Of a DNA stretch of 64,000 nucleotides, positions 28,295 to 36,676 are shown in pieces. Made by a program: the position numbers and the translations under genes. The DNA is from a virus. Within the stretch, counting starts at the first letter, position 1. The number at the start of each line of letters is the position of its first letter. Under the pieces are notes generated by a model. It made no database searches. It saw nothing but the letters and a program-made list of their open reading frames with translations, and was not told where the DNA came from. The stretch is taken from positions 30,345 to 94,344 of the IMG/VR virus record IMGVR_UViG_3300038393_001444. One strand, written 5' to 3'.

Positions 28295-29596
28295 ATGGCC
28301 AACATTGTTGAATCAGTCAATTACGATACCGGCGTCTATCAGATCGCCACGACCGATCCGGTGCAGGGCGGCGCGGGTGGCATCGCCAACTTGGCCGCGC
28401 AGAATCTTGCGAATCGCACCGCGTACCTGAAGCAGCACCTCGACAACCTGGAGTCGGGCGCAACCATCCCCAGCACGGTCGCGCCGAAGAACTCGCCGGT
28501 GTTCACGGGTGATCCGCAGGCCCCAACGCCGGCGCTGGGCGACAACGACACGTCGATCGCCACGTCGGCCTTCGTGCAGGGCACGGTCAACGGGGTGCTG
28601 AACAAGTCAGTCGCCGGCAGCGCCAACGTGACGCTGACGGCAATCGAAGCCGGCAATGGCATCTGGATTCTGACCGGCGCACTGAACGCCAACATCGATG
28701 TGATCGTGCCGGGCACGTCCAAGCAGATGCTGGTCGTGAACCGCACGACCGGGGCCTATACGCTGCGCGTGAAAACCTCGGCCGGCGCGGGTGTGTATGT
28801 CATGCAGGGCATGCAGCAGGAACTGTTCTGCGATGGCACCGACGTGAAGGTGGCCACGAACGATTTCTCGAATCAGGTGCTCGATCTGTCGGTCACGCAA
28901 AGCGCCTCGGCCGCGCAGTTCGACAACTCGCTGAAGCTGGCCAGCACGGCATTCGTGCAGCGCGCGCTGGGCAATATCGCCGGCCAAACGGTAATCAGCG
29001 GCAACGCGACGCTGACGGCGGCGAATGCCGGCCAGCTGGTCCTGTTCAATGGATCTTCGGCGTCCACGATTACGCTGCCGGCGGTAAGCGCCATGCCGGG
29101 CGGATCGCAGATTCACTTCATGAGCATTGGCACCGGCACACTGACGATTGCCCGCGCCGGCACCGATGCCATCAACGTGAACAGCGGCCAGAACGTCCAA
29201 ATGACGCTGAGCAATGGCGACACCCTGACGCTGGAAAGCACGGGGTCCGTCTGGAACGCCGTGGATGGTTCGGGCCAGCTGAAATATGCAAGCGTTTTCG
29301 GAGCATCGTTCGCGGCTGCCGGTTACCAGAAATTGCCTTCGGGTCTGATCATCCAATGGTGCTATAGCACTTACCTGAATGTTCCGGCTGGCACGCAAGT
29401 TAATGCAATTACCAGTTGGCCGACTCCATTTCCGAACGCCTGCCTATGGGGTGGCCCGGTGTGCGAAGTTCCGAGCGGAACAAACATCAACGTGTTTCTG
29501 AGCACGTATGTTTCCAGCACCACCCAAGTGGGCGCGGCGATCAATAGCGCGTCGACACAAAACGTCACAGTCTATTTCATCGGCATCGGATATTAA
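28295..29596 (+). CDS. Tail fibre protein
   Basis: LANRTAYLK N-terminus, SPVFTGDPQAPT repeat, GYQKLPSGLIIQW..FPNAC C-terminal tip. Confidence 0.9.
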   Translation: MANIVESVNYDTGVYQIATTDPVQGGAGGIANLAAQNLANRTAYLKQHLDNLESGATIPSTVAPKNSPVFTGDPQAPTPALGDNDTSIATSAFVQGTVNGVLNKSVAGSANVTLTAIEAGNGIWILTGALNANIDVIVPGTSKQMLVVNRTTGAYTLRVKTSAGAGVYVMQGMQQELFCDGTDVKVATNDFSNQVLDLSVTQSASAAQFDNSLKLASTAFVQRALGNIAGQTVISGNATLTAANAGQLVLFNGSSASTITLPAVSAMPGGSQIHFMSIGTGTLTIARAGTDAINVNSGQNVQMTLSNGDTLTLESTGSVWNAVDGSGQLKYASVFGASFAAAGYQKLPSGLIIQWCYSTYLNVPAGTQVNAITSWPTPFPNACLWGGPVCEVPSGTNINVFLSTYVSSTTQVGAAINSASTQNVTVYFIGIGY

Positions 29597-29605
29597 GGGG
29601 CGCTC

Positions 29606-30166
29606 ATGTTTTATTTTTCCGCAAAGACCGGCGGCATTTACGATATGTCGTTTCACGACTACGAATTGCCGGCCGATGCCGTCGAAATCACCGCCGAAGA
29701 GCGTGCCGCGCTATTCGCCGCGCAGCAATCCGGAAAGATCATTCAAGCCGATGCGGACGGCAAGCCTGTCGCCGTGGATCGCCCGGCCGAAACACTGGCG
29801 GCGATGAAGGCGCGGCTGTCTGCGGCGATCGATTCCCTGGTCGAAGGCATTTACGAAAAATACACGAAATTCCAAGTCGCCTACACGCCGCGCGAAGCGG
29901 CCGCGCGCGCCTTCAAGGCGGCCGGCTATGTCGGCGATCCCGGCCTGTGGGTGACTGGCTTCGCGGGCCCGGCCGGGCTCACGAACCAGCAGGCGGCCGA
30001 CAAGATCATCGCGCAGGCAGATGCTGCTTATGCCGCACTGCCACTGATCGATGCGCAGCGCATGCGCAAGTATTCGCTGGCCGCTGCCGATGGCATGGCG
30101 AACGCGCAAGCGCTGTATGACGATATCGTGGCGCAGATCGCCACGGCGGCCGCGAGCCTGCAATGA
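29606..30166 (+). CDS. Tail fibre assembly chaperone
   Basis: MFYFSAKTGGIY..LPADAVEI..GKIIQADADGKP. Confidence 0.85.
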   Translation: MFYFSAKTGGIYDMSFHDYELPADAVEITAEERAALFAAQQSGKIIQADADGKPVAVDRPAETLAAMKARLSAAIDSLVEGIYEKYTKFQVAYTPREAAARAFKAAGYVGDPGLWVTGFAGPAGLTNQQAADKIIAQADAAYAALPLIDAQRMRKYSLAAADGMANAQALYDDIVAQIATAAASLQ

Positions 30167-30675
30167 ACTACGCCGCCGCGCGCGACCTGATCCAGGACGG
30201 CGACGTGGTCGTGGTCAAGCGCCGATCCAGCGCGCTGGCCGTGCTCACGCGGCTGGTCACGCGCTCGCCCTATACGCACACCGGCATCGCCGTGTGGAGC
30301 GGCGGGCGGCTGCTGCTGGTGCAGGCCAATGGCGGCGGCGTGAACGCGGCCCCGCTGTCGCAGGAAGCCGAATTCGCCTTCGACGTGTACGATCCGCCGG
30401 CCGGGCTGGCTCGCTCGGAGATCGTGCAAGCGGCATGGGATGCGATCGGCGCGCGCCTGTCGTATGCCATCGCGGATCTCTTCGAGATCTGGCTGTACCT
30501 GTGGTTCGGCATCCCGCTGCCGGAAAAGCCCGGCGAAGATCCGATCTGCTCGCTACTCACGGCGCGCATCCTGATGGCCGCCGGCTGGGCCCCGGTCAAT
30601 CTGCCGTCGATTCCCTGGCCCAGCGCCGTCGCGGATGCGCTCGGCAAGCCGCCGCGCCTGTCGGTGGTGCCGTGA
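30163..30675 (+). CDS. Permuted papain-like NlpC/P60 (YiiX/YebB-like) amidase
   Basis: IQDGDVV, SPYTHTGI (His) and ICSLL (Cys) in permuted order. Confidence 0.75.
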   Translation: MNYAAARDLIQDGDVVVVKRRSSALAVLTRLVTRSPYTHTGIAVWSGGRLLLVQANGGGVNAAPLSQEAEFAFDVYDPPAGLARSEIVQAAWDAIGARLSYAIADLFEIWLYLWFGIPLPEKPGEDPICSLLTARILMAAGWAPVNLPSIPWPSAVADALGKPPRLSVVP

Positions 30676-31256
30676 TGCTCGCGCGCTTTTTGATCCTGCT
30701 GCTGGCCGATCTGCTGGCCAACCTGCTCGGCTATCTGCTCAATCCTATCGTGGTGCTGTTCGGCGACGCCGCCGGCGCGCTGCCGCGCGCGCTCGCGTGG
30801 TTCGCCACGCCGGACGCCACGCTGGACGGCATGGGTGCGGACGGCAAAATCGAGCCGCGCTTTCTGGCCGCCACCGAATCCTGGCGCGGCGCGGATCTGC
30901 TGCCGAAGAGCCGTTGGCATCGCTACCTGTGCCGGGTGTGCTGGCTGTATCGGAACAATGTGAACGGCTTTTCGACGGCCGTCACGGGCGCGCCGGGGCC
31001 GTTCTGGCTGCTGTCGCGGGATCTGCAGGGCAGTGAGCCGGCCGATCGCTATCCAGCGGCGAGCGGGCGCGATTATGCGGTCTGGCGCGGCAGCGATGGC
31101 CGCTCGTACTTCAGCTATCGCTATGTGCAGGACCGGGGCAACGGCAAATGCTTCGAAGCCTACGTGGGCTGGAAGATCAGCGAAACCGCGCCGCGCGCGA
31201 TGCTGGTCTGCCGCTGGACGCCGATCCGCGAGTTTGAATCCACGCCGCCGGCGTAG
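30675..31256 (+). CDS. Hypothetical phage protein with N-terminal membrane segment
   Basis: TGATG overlap; WFATPDATLDG, WLYRN, GWK motifs. Confidence 0.7.
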   Translation: MLARFLILLLADLLANLLGYLLNPIVVLFGDAAGALPRALAWFATPDATLDGMGADGKIEPRFLAATESWRGADLLPKSRWHRYLCRVCWLYRNNVNGFSTAVTGAPGPFWLLSRDLQGSEPADRYPAASGRDYAVWRGSDGRSYFSYRYVQDRGNGKCFEAYVGWKISETAPRAMLVCRWTPIREFESTPPA

Positions 31257-31273
31257 GCTTGATTCCGAGCAAT

Positions 31274-31289
31274 GTCGTGATGGGATGAT
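31274..31289 (+). promoter_or_regulatory. Late-promoter motif copy 9 (GTCGTGA-tgg-GATGAT), lysis cassette
   Basis: ATG 31296 6 nt downstream. Confidence 0.75.
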
Positions 31290-31295
31290 TGGTGC

Positions 31296-31826
31296 ATGCG
31301 GCCGAGACATGGAGCCGCCAGACCATTCTTCCCGCCGCCGCTCATGAAAAATCTCTTCTCTGCCAAGCGCCTGCAAGAACACTGCGGCGCGCTGCTGCGC
31401 CTGTTCTTCTGCGCCCATATCTTTTTCGTGAACCTGATCGGCATGCTGGACGAAAAGAGCCTCACGCATGCGCTGACAGAGCACGGCGGCAGTTCAGCCT
31501 GGGCCACGCTCTACACGATGACGGCGATGGCGGCGGTCGGCTTCTTCGATACTTTCATCAATGATGTGCTGCCGGATGACTACACGCTCAAGCATGGCCT
31601 GGAGTTCCGCCACCTGATCTTCATGGGCCTCGCGCTGTGCTTTGCCGCGCAAATGTGGTGGGGCGTGGCGATCCAGTCCTACATGCTGATCCCCTATTAC
31701 CTGCTGCATATCACGTTCATTTCCGTGGCGGCCTTCCTCGATATTCACGACCGCTACAGCCCCGATTCCTTATGCAGGGTGCGACGCGGCATTCAACCTG
31801 AAGGTGCCGCCCATGCCAATGCGTGA
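31296..31826 (+). CDS. Multi-pass membrane protein, holin/antiholin candidate
   Basis: About 4 hydrophobic segments; heads lysis cassette. Confidence 0.6.
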   Translation: MRPRHGAARPFFPPPLMKNLFSAKRLQEHCGALLRLFFCAHIFFVNLIGMLDEKSLTHALTEHGGSSAWATLYTMTAMAAVGFFDTFINDVLPDDYTLKHGLEFRHLIFMGLALCFAAQMWWGVAIQSYMLIPYYLLHITFISVAAFLDIHDRYSPDSLCRVRRGIQPEGAAHANA

Positions 31827-32241
31827 ATGCACGATCGTCCAGCAGTTCTTCGCGCTGTTCAAGCTGATGCTGTGGGTGCTCTGGCCGGTCACGGCTTTCG
31901 CCGCCCAGCTGTCGTTTTCGCATTCGTTTGCCGATACCGATGTGCTGCTCGATGTGCTGATGACGATCGGCATTTCGGTGCTGGTCGGACTCACGTCGCT
32001 GCTGGTGGCGATGAAGGCGGCCTATGAAAAGGACGGCAAGATCGATCGCCTGTGGCTTTTCGTGAGCTCGAAGATGCTGTGCTCCACGGTGGCCGGCATC
32101 ACCACCTATTTTTGCGCCGGGCTGCTCGGCATGCCGCGCGACGGCGCGGTGATCGCCATCATCGGCATGGCGTACTGCGGCACGGTAGCCATGGAACGGC
32201 TTTCGAATGCCGTCATGGAGCATTTCGTCGCCAAGGTTTGA
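31813..32241 (+). CDS. Holin candidate
   Basis: 3-4 hydrophobic segments directly before endolysin. Confidence 0.65.
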   Translation: MPMRECTIVQQFFALFKLMLWVLWPVTAFAAQLSFSHSFADTDVLLDVLMTIGISVLVGLTSLLVAMKAAYEKDGKIDRLWLFVSSKMLCSTVAGITTYFCAGLLGMPRDGAVIAIIGMAYCGTVAMERLSNAVMEHFVAKV

Positions 32242-32263
32242 AAACGTAGAAGGGGAAGGGAGT

Positions 32264-32989
32264 ATGTCTGTGACCGATGTGACCATTCATGAAGATGCGC
32301 CGGCCGAAGTCGCCGCGCCGGTAAAGCCGCCGCTGCTGACCGAAGCGCAGCTGCAGAAGATCATGCCGAAGGTCGGCGAGCGCGCCGGCCTGTACCTGCC
32401 GCACCTTGTCGCCGGCATGGAGCAGTTCGATATCCGCCAGCCGAAGGAGATCGCCGCGTTCCTGGCGCAGCTGGCGGTCGAGTCGAAGGATCTGACGGTG
32501 TTTTCGGAAGATCTGAACTACACGGCCGCGCGTCTGGCTGCCGTCTGGCCGAGCCGCTATTCGCTGGGCGGCAAGAAGCCGCTGCCGAACGATCTGGCCA
32601 AGCGCCTCGCCGGCAAGCCGGAAGCGATTGCGAACAATGTCTATGCGAACCGCAACGGCAACGGCGACGAGGCGTCCGGCGACGGCTTCGCGTTCCGTGG
32701 CGCGGGCGCGATCCAGATCACGTTCAGGATGAACCATGCGCGCGTGGCCAAGTTCTTCCGCCTGGATCTGGCCAAGGTCGGCGAATGGCTGCGCAGCCCC
32801 GAAGGCGCGATGCTGTCGGCCTGCTGGTATTGGTGGGCGGCCGGCTGCTCGAAGCCCGCGCTCACGGGCGACTTCGATCAGGTCTGCGACCTGATCAACA
32901 TCGGCCGGCACACGGCCGAGCAGGGCGACGCGCTTGGCTATGCCGACCGCAAGGCCGCCTTCCTCGAGGCGTCGAAGGTGCTGGCATGA
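32264..32989 (+). CDS. Endolysin, glycoside hydrolase family 19
   Basis: AAFLAQ..ES, EDLNY, IANNVYANRNGNG..SGDG..FRG.G.IQIT. Confidence 0.9.
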   Translation: MSVTDVTIHEDAPAEVAAPVKPPLLTEAQLQKIMPKVGERAGLYLPHLVAGMEQFDIRQPKEIAAFLAQLAVESKDLTVFSEDLNYTAARLAAVWPSRYSLGGKKPLPNDLAKRLAGKPEAIANNVYANRNGNGDEASGDGFAFRGAGAIQITFRMNHARVAKFFRLDLAKVGEWLRSPEGAMLSACWYWWAAGCSKPALTGDFDQVCDLINIGRHTAEQGDALGYADRKAAFLEASKVLA

Positions 32990-33372
32990 TGGCCATCGAA
33001 TCTTGGGGAAGCGTGGCGCGCATCGTCATCGTGATCGCCGCCCTGGTGGCGGCTTTTGCGTTCGGCTGGACCGTGCAGGGCTGGCGCAAGACCGCCGAGA
33101 TCGCCGCGCTCAAGAGCGCGCAGGACAGCGCGCGCGCCACGGCCGCAGAAGCCGCTGAAGCGCAGCTGGTGGATGCCGCCGCCAAGGTGCACGACGCGGC
33201 CGCCGCCGCCAATGTGAATATCGCTGATCTCGGCAAGAAGCTGGATCAGATCCAAAAGGAGTTCCGGAATGCGAAGCCGCTGCCTGCTGATTGCCGCCCT
33301 GATGATTTCCGGCTGCAGCACCTTGCCCGCGCCGTCGACGCCGCCCGCGCCGCAATATCCGGCGCTCGATAG
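32986..33372 (+). CDS. i-spanin (Rz-like)
   Basis: N-terminal TM helix, coiled coil, PADC motif. Confidence 0.82.
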   Translation: MMAIESWGSVARIVIVIAALVAAFAFGWTVQGWRKTAEIAALKSAQDSARATAAEAAEAQLVDAAAKVHDAAAAANVNIADLGKKLDQIQKEFRNAKPLPADCRPDDFRLQHLARAVDAARAAISGAR

Positions 33373-33523
33373 CGCGCTGGCTGCGCCCTGCCTGCTGCCG
33401 GATGCGCCGGCGGTGGCCGACTATGATGTGTGGCAGGAATGGATCGAACAGAAGCTGGTGCCGGCCTTCGCGGACTGCGCGATCCGGCACCGGCAAACCG
33501 TGGCCGCGTGGCCGAAGAACTAG
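33269..33523 (+). CDS. o-spanin (Rz1-like lipoprotein)
   Basis: Lipobox LMISGC, Pro-rich, overlaps i-spanin, CAIRH motif. Confidence 0.82.
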   Translation: MRSRCLLIAALMISGCSTLPAPSTPPAPQYPALDSALAAPCLLPDAPAVADYDVWQEWIEQKLVPAFADCAIRHRQTVAAWPKN

Positions 33524-33747
33524 CGCCCCAGCTTCTTTAAGCGCTCGAGCGTTTCCGTGCACTCGACGCAATGGTGTTTTCCCATCGCGCGGCGCGCCTC
33601 CGAGATCGGCTCGCCGCAATCGAACTGCCGGCAAAGCGCCGGGCCGTAGCGCGGATCTTCCGGCGCATACGACGCCATCTTGGCGCTGCGCTGGGTGATT
33701 TCCCACATGGCGAGCTCCTGATCCTGGGCTCGATCTTCTGCACTCAT
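33520..33747 (-). CDS. TraR/DksA C4 zinc-finger protein
   Basis: DRAQ N-motif; C..DCGEPISEARR..CVEC. Confidence 0.85.
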   Translation of the reverse strand: MSAEDRAQDQELAMWEITQRSAKMASYAPEDPRYGPALCRQFDCGEPISEARRAMGKHHCVECTETLERLKKLGR

Positions 33748-33813
33748 TTCTGACTCCATCGGTTCCGCGCCCATGCGGCGCACGGCGACGATGGTATGTT
33801 CCCGACTGAAAAA

Positions 33814-34056
33814 TCAATGCTGGTGCAGCTGCGCGGCAAGGCGGCGGAAGATATCGCGCGCCTCCATCGTGCACTGGCGCGCCTCGGCCATCGCTTCCTC
33901 AAAGATCGCATCCAGCTGCGGATGGCCGATCATGCCGCACTCTTCGGCGAGATCGAGCCGCAACGTGTAACGCATGTTTTCATCGCGGTATTTGCGGCTC
34001 AAGCGTTCGCAGGCATCGATCACGGCTTGGCTCGGCGGTTTCATCACGGCACTCAT
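33814..34056 (-). CDS. Hypothetical protein
   Basis: RBS GGAG, better coding bias than the overlapping + ORF. Confidence 0.6.
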   Translation of the reverse strand: MSAVMKPPSQAVIDACERLSRKYRDENMRYTLRLDLAEECGMIGHPQLDAIFEEAMAEARQCTMEARDIFRRLAAQLHQH

Positions 34057-34245
34057 GGCAAGGCTCCCGGGTATTTTTCTCTCCCCTTTAATTAAGCGCG
34101 GCAGGGAGTGACCGCAATTCTGTTGCTATATTGCATTCCCGCTATTGACCGAAATCATTGTTTTTACACCGAAATATACAATGGGCAGCGCGAGGCTGCC
34201 CATTTAATCGCTAACTTTAAGTCAGCGCGTTGCGCTGATCAGACT

Positions 34246-34818
34246 TTACCAGCCGTATCCGGCGGCGCAATCCGGGCCGATGCCCATGGCGATCGAATTC
34301 GGATCGGTGAGCTCGCGGCCGCAGCAGGCGCAGGTGCCGGTTTCCATGCCGTGGGCAATCGCGGCTTCCTTCGGCGAGGATGCCAGCTTGATGATCTCGG
34401 CGCGCTGCTCGTCGCCGCAGGCTTTGACCGGCATGAACTTGCCCTCGAAGATCTTGCCCATGTATTCGCTGCCGGCTTTCACGTAGATCGCGCCCGGGTT
34501 CTTGCCTTCGGCATTGGCCGGCGAGAACTTGAAGCCCGCCAGCCGCAGCTTCGGCTTCTTCTTGCCGTTCTCGAGCGCGGTGGCAAAGGCTTCGGCGATC
34601 AGCGCCACGCCCGCGCCCACTTCGAGCGCCACGGGCGCGGCCTTCGGTGCCAGCTTGGCCTTCACGGCATTGATCTGGCCCTCGGACAGCTGCTTGTAGC
34701 GCTTCAGCTGCTTGCCCAGCGAGGCGGCGAACTCATTGGCGGGATTGCCGGTGATCCATGCCAGAACATCGGCGTGTTGGCTGGCGATGGCGGCGGCGGG
34801 AATGAAGGTCTTTTGCAT
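34246..34818 (-). CDS. DUF6011-like zinc-finger protein
   Basis: C-terminal CACCGRELTDPNSIAMGIGPDCA; RBS AGGAG. Confidence 0.8.
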   Translation of the reverse strand: MQKTFIPAAAIASQHADVLAWITGNPANEFAASLGKQLKRYKQLSEGQINAVKAKLAPKAAPVALEVGAGVALIAEAFATALENGKKKPKLRLAGFKFSPANAEGKNPGAIYVKAGSEYMGKIFEGKFMPVKACGDEQRAEIIKLASSPKEAAIAHGMETGTCACCGRELTDPNSIAMGIGPDCAAGYGW

Positions 34819-34874
34819 GGTCGTGCTCCTGGTAGCGTGGGAAGGTGCCCGGGAAGCGCCGGGCCCGCTGGGGA

Positions 34875-35165
34875 TCAGTTCAGGCCGAATTCCATTTGCT
34901 GCTGGCGCGTTTCCGAGTTGCCGGGCGCGCAGTCGGCAATCTCGATCTCGAGGAAATCGATCAGCACGTCGATATCGGTGTCGGCAGCCACTTCGGCCAC
35001 GTGCGCATAGTGCACCAGCACTTCGCCGATCTCTTCGAAGCCTTCGATATCGCACAGCGCGTTGCCGGTGGCCAGCATGCAGGCGCGCTCGGTGCCGTCG
35101 ATCTCGTTGTCGCGGATGGCGCACAGCAGGTGCAGGGCGGTTTGCAGCAGTTTCAGGGAAGGCAT
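34875..35165 (-). CDS. Hypothetical acidic protein
   Basis: RBS GGAG, first gene after promoter. Confidence 0.7.
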   Translation of the reverse strand: MPSLKLLQTALHLLCAIRDNEIDGTERACMLATGNALCDIEGFEEIGEVLVHYAHVAEVAADTDIDVLIDFLEIEIADCAPGNSETRQQQMEFGLN

Positions 35166-35198
35166 CGTTTTTCTCCGTTCGGTTGGTTGATGGAAATG

Positions 35199-35226
35199 AT
35201 TATATAACGCTATGCGTTAAAAGCAA
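35199..35226 (-). promoter_or_regulatory. Sigma70-type early promoter containing palindromic operator TAACGC-tat-GCGTTA
   Basis: TTGCTT-N16-TATAAT; operator 35205-35219. Confidence 0.8.
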
Positions 35227-35313
35227 CCGTTATTTTGTGCTGGTGTTGAACTTACGCAAAAGATTGATTTCTCAGCGCAATAGAGTGGCGATGATCTTGC
35301 CTAAAGGATAACC

Positions 35314-35547
35314 ATGGATGCGGAAACCTTCACGTGGCGCTGGCAGTCGCCGGCGAAACGGCGCTATTACGCGGCGCGGGTGCAGCGCGATCTGCTCGGC
35401 GATCTGATCCTGATGTGCGCCTGGGGCGGCATCGGCAACCGGCTGGGCGGCACGTCCACGCGGCCGCTGGCGAGTATGGAGGAAGCGCGCGCGGCGCTGG
35501 CGGCGCTGGCCGAGCAGCGCCGGCGGCATCGCTACGTGCGGGTGTAG
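35314..35547 (+). CDS. Stand-alone WGR-domain protein
   Basis: RYYAARVQRDLLGDL.L...WGGIG pattern. Confidence 0.75.
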   Translation: MDAETFTWRWQSPAKRRYYAARVQRDLLGDLILMCAWGGIGNRLGGTSTRPLASMEEARAALAALAEQRRRHRYVRV

Positions 35548-36050
35548 GGCGAAACGTACAGCGGGATGCCGAGCGCGGCTTGCACGATATGCAGCAGGCC
35601 GACTTCGGAAATGCCGTACTTCGCTTCGAACTGGCGGCGGCCCATGTCATGGACGCCGACGCCGGAATGCTGGTGGTGCGGCGGGCAGAGCGGCAGCGTG
35701 TCGAAGTGGCTGGCGCGCTTCTTTCCCTGGTCGGTGCGCAGGTGGTGAACGATAGCGGGAGTTCCATGGATACCGAACACGTGACTGCAAAGAATGCAGC
35801 CCATGCTGGCCACGCGGCCCATGTGCGCCTTTTCCTGGGCATTGGGCTCCGGGCGGCTGGTGCGGACGGCCTTCGGCAGCTTGGGGATCTTCTCTGCGGC
35901 GGGGATCTCGCGCCGGGGCGGCAGCTTGGACGGCCGGTCGACGGCGGCGGGCGCGGGGCGGGAAGAGACAAACCCGGATCGCTTGAGGCTTGATCCGGGT
36001 TTGGCGGTGAAGCCCTTGCCGGGCTTGAGTGGCGTCTTGCGCGAGAGCAT
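35532..36050 (-). CDS. Ref-like (recombination enhancement) HNH nuclease
   Basis: Basic N-tail, GCILC, VHH.R..QG..RASHFDTLPLCPPHHQ. Confidence 0.75.
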   Translation of the reverse strand: MLSRKTPLKPGKGFTAKPGSSLKRSGFVSSRPAPAAVDRPSKLPPRREIPAAEKIPKLPKAVRTSRPEPNAQEKAHMGRVASMGCILCSHVFGIHGTPAIVHHLRTDQGKKRASHFDTLPLCPPHHQHSGVGVHDMGRRQFEAKYGISEVGLLHIVQAALGIPLYVSPYTRT

Positions 36051-36056
36051 GAGGCC

Positions 36057-36072
36057 ATTACAGCCTCACGAC
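36057..36072 (-). promoter_or_regulatory. Late-promoter motif copy 10 (GTCGTGA-ggc-TGTAAT)
   Basis: ATG 36050 6 nt downstream. Confidence 0.65.
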
Positions 36073-36073
36073 C

Positions 36074-36676
36074 TCACTCGGCGACGGTCAGCTGGCGCGT
36101 GGCGGGCCCCTGGCGGCGCTCGGCCATCAGTTCATCGCGCGCCACGATGATCGCGGACGATGCGCTGAAGTCGCGCGGTGTGATCGTCAGCATGCATTCC
36201 CGCATCCATTCCATCGTCTTGCGCGCCGCGTCGGTGTCATGCTGCGCCATGACCATGCCGTATTCGAACTTCTTGCCCAGCTGGCGCAGGCCCGGCGGCT
36301 GCGCTGGCCAGCCGTGCGTCTGCGCGAGTATGTCGTAGACGTCGCACATGGAATACAGCGAGCCGACGATCGGGAAGTAGGCATTCTCGCCTTCATCGAA
36401 AAAGATCGGGGTGCCGTCCGGCAGGCACTCGGTTTCCCCTTCCTCTTCCATCCTGCGCAGGATGCCTTCGATCTTGCCGAACACCTGATCGAGCTTCTTG
36501 TAGTTCGTCGGGTGCGCAAACGTCAGGTCGCTCGCCGCGATCTGCTCGTACAGCTGCAGATCGCGGTGCGCGGCCAGCCCCTGCAGCGCCGGCGGCAGCA
36601 TGCTGGGGGCAGCGATCGCCTCGAAGTAATCCTGCTTTCGGCGCAGGACGCGCCGGGCGGCCGCCTTCTTTCCCAT
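36074..36676 (-). CDS. Hypothetical protein
   Basis: TAATG coupling to rdgC. Confidence 0.7.
   Translation of the reverse strand: MGKKAAARRVLRRKQDYFEAIAAPSMLPPALQGLAAHRDLQLYEQIAASDLTFAHPTNYKKLDQVFGKIEGILRRMEEEGETECLPDGTPIFFDEGENAYFPIVGSLYSMCDVYDILAQTHGWPAQPPGLRQLGKKFEYGMVMAQHDTDAARKTMEWMRECMLTITPRDFSASSAIIVARDELMAERRQGPATRQLTVAE

Noticed and set aside
28295-29596. Diversity-generating retroelement acting on the tail fibre
   Set aside because: No reverse transcriptase or template/variable repeat pair found in the window
33796-34095. Plus-strand 99-aa ORF
   Set aside because: Overlaps the minus-strand ORF that has the better RBS and fits operon direction
34095-34245. AT-rich gap with ACCGAAAT direct repeat as attP or promoter
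   Set aside because: Only two short copies, poor -35/-10 spacing and no integrase nearby
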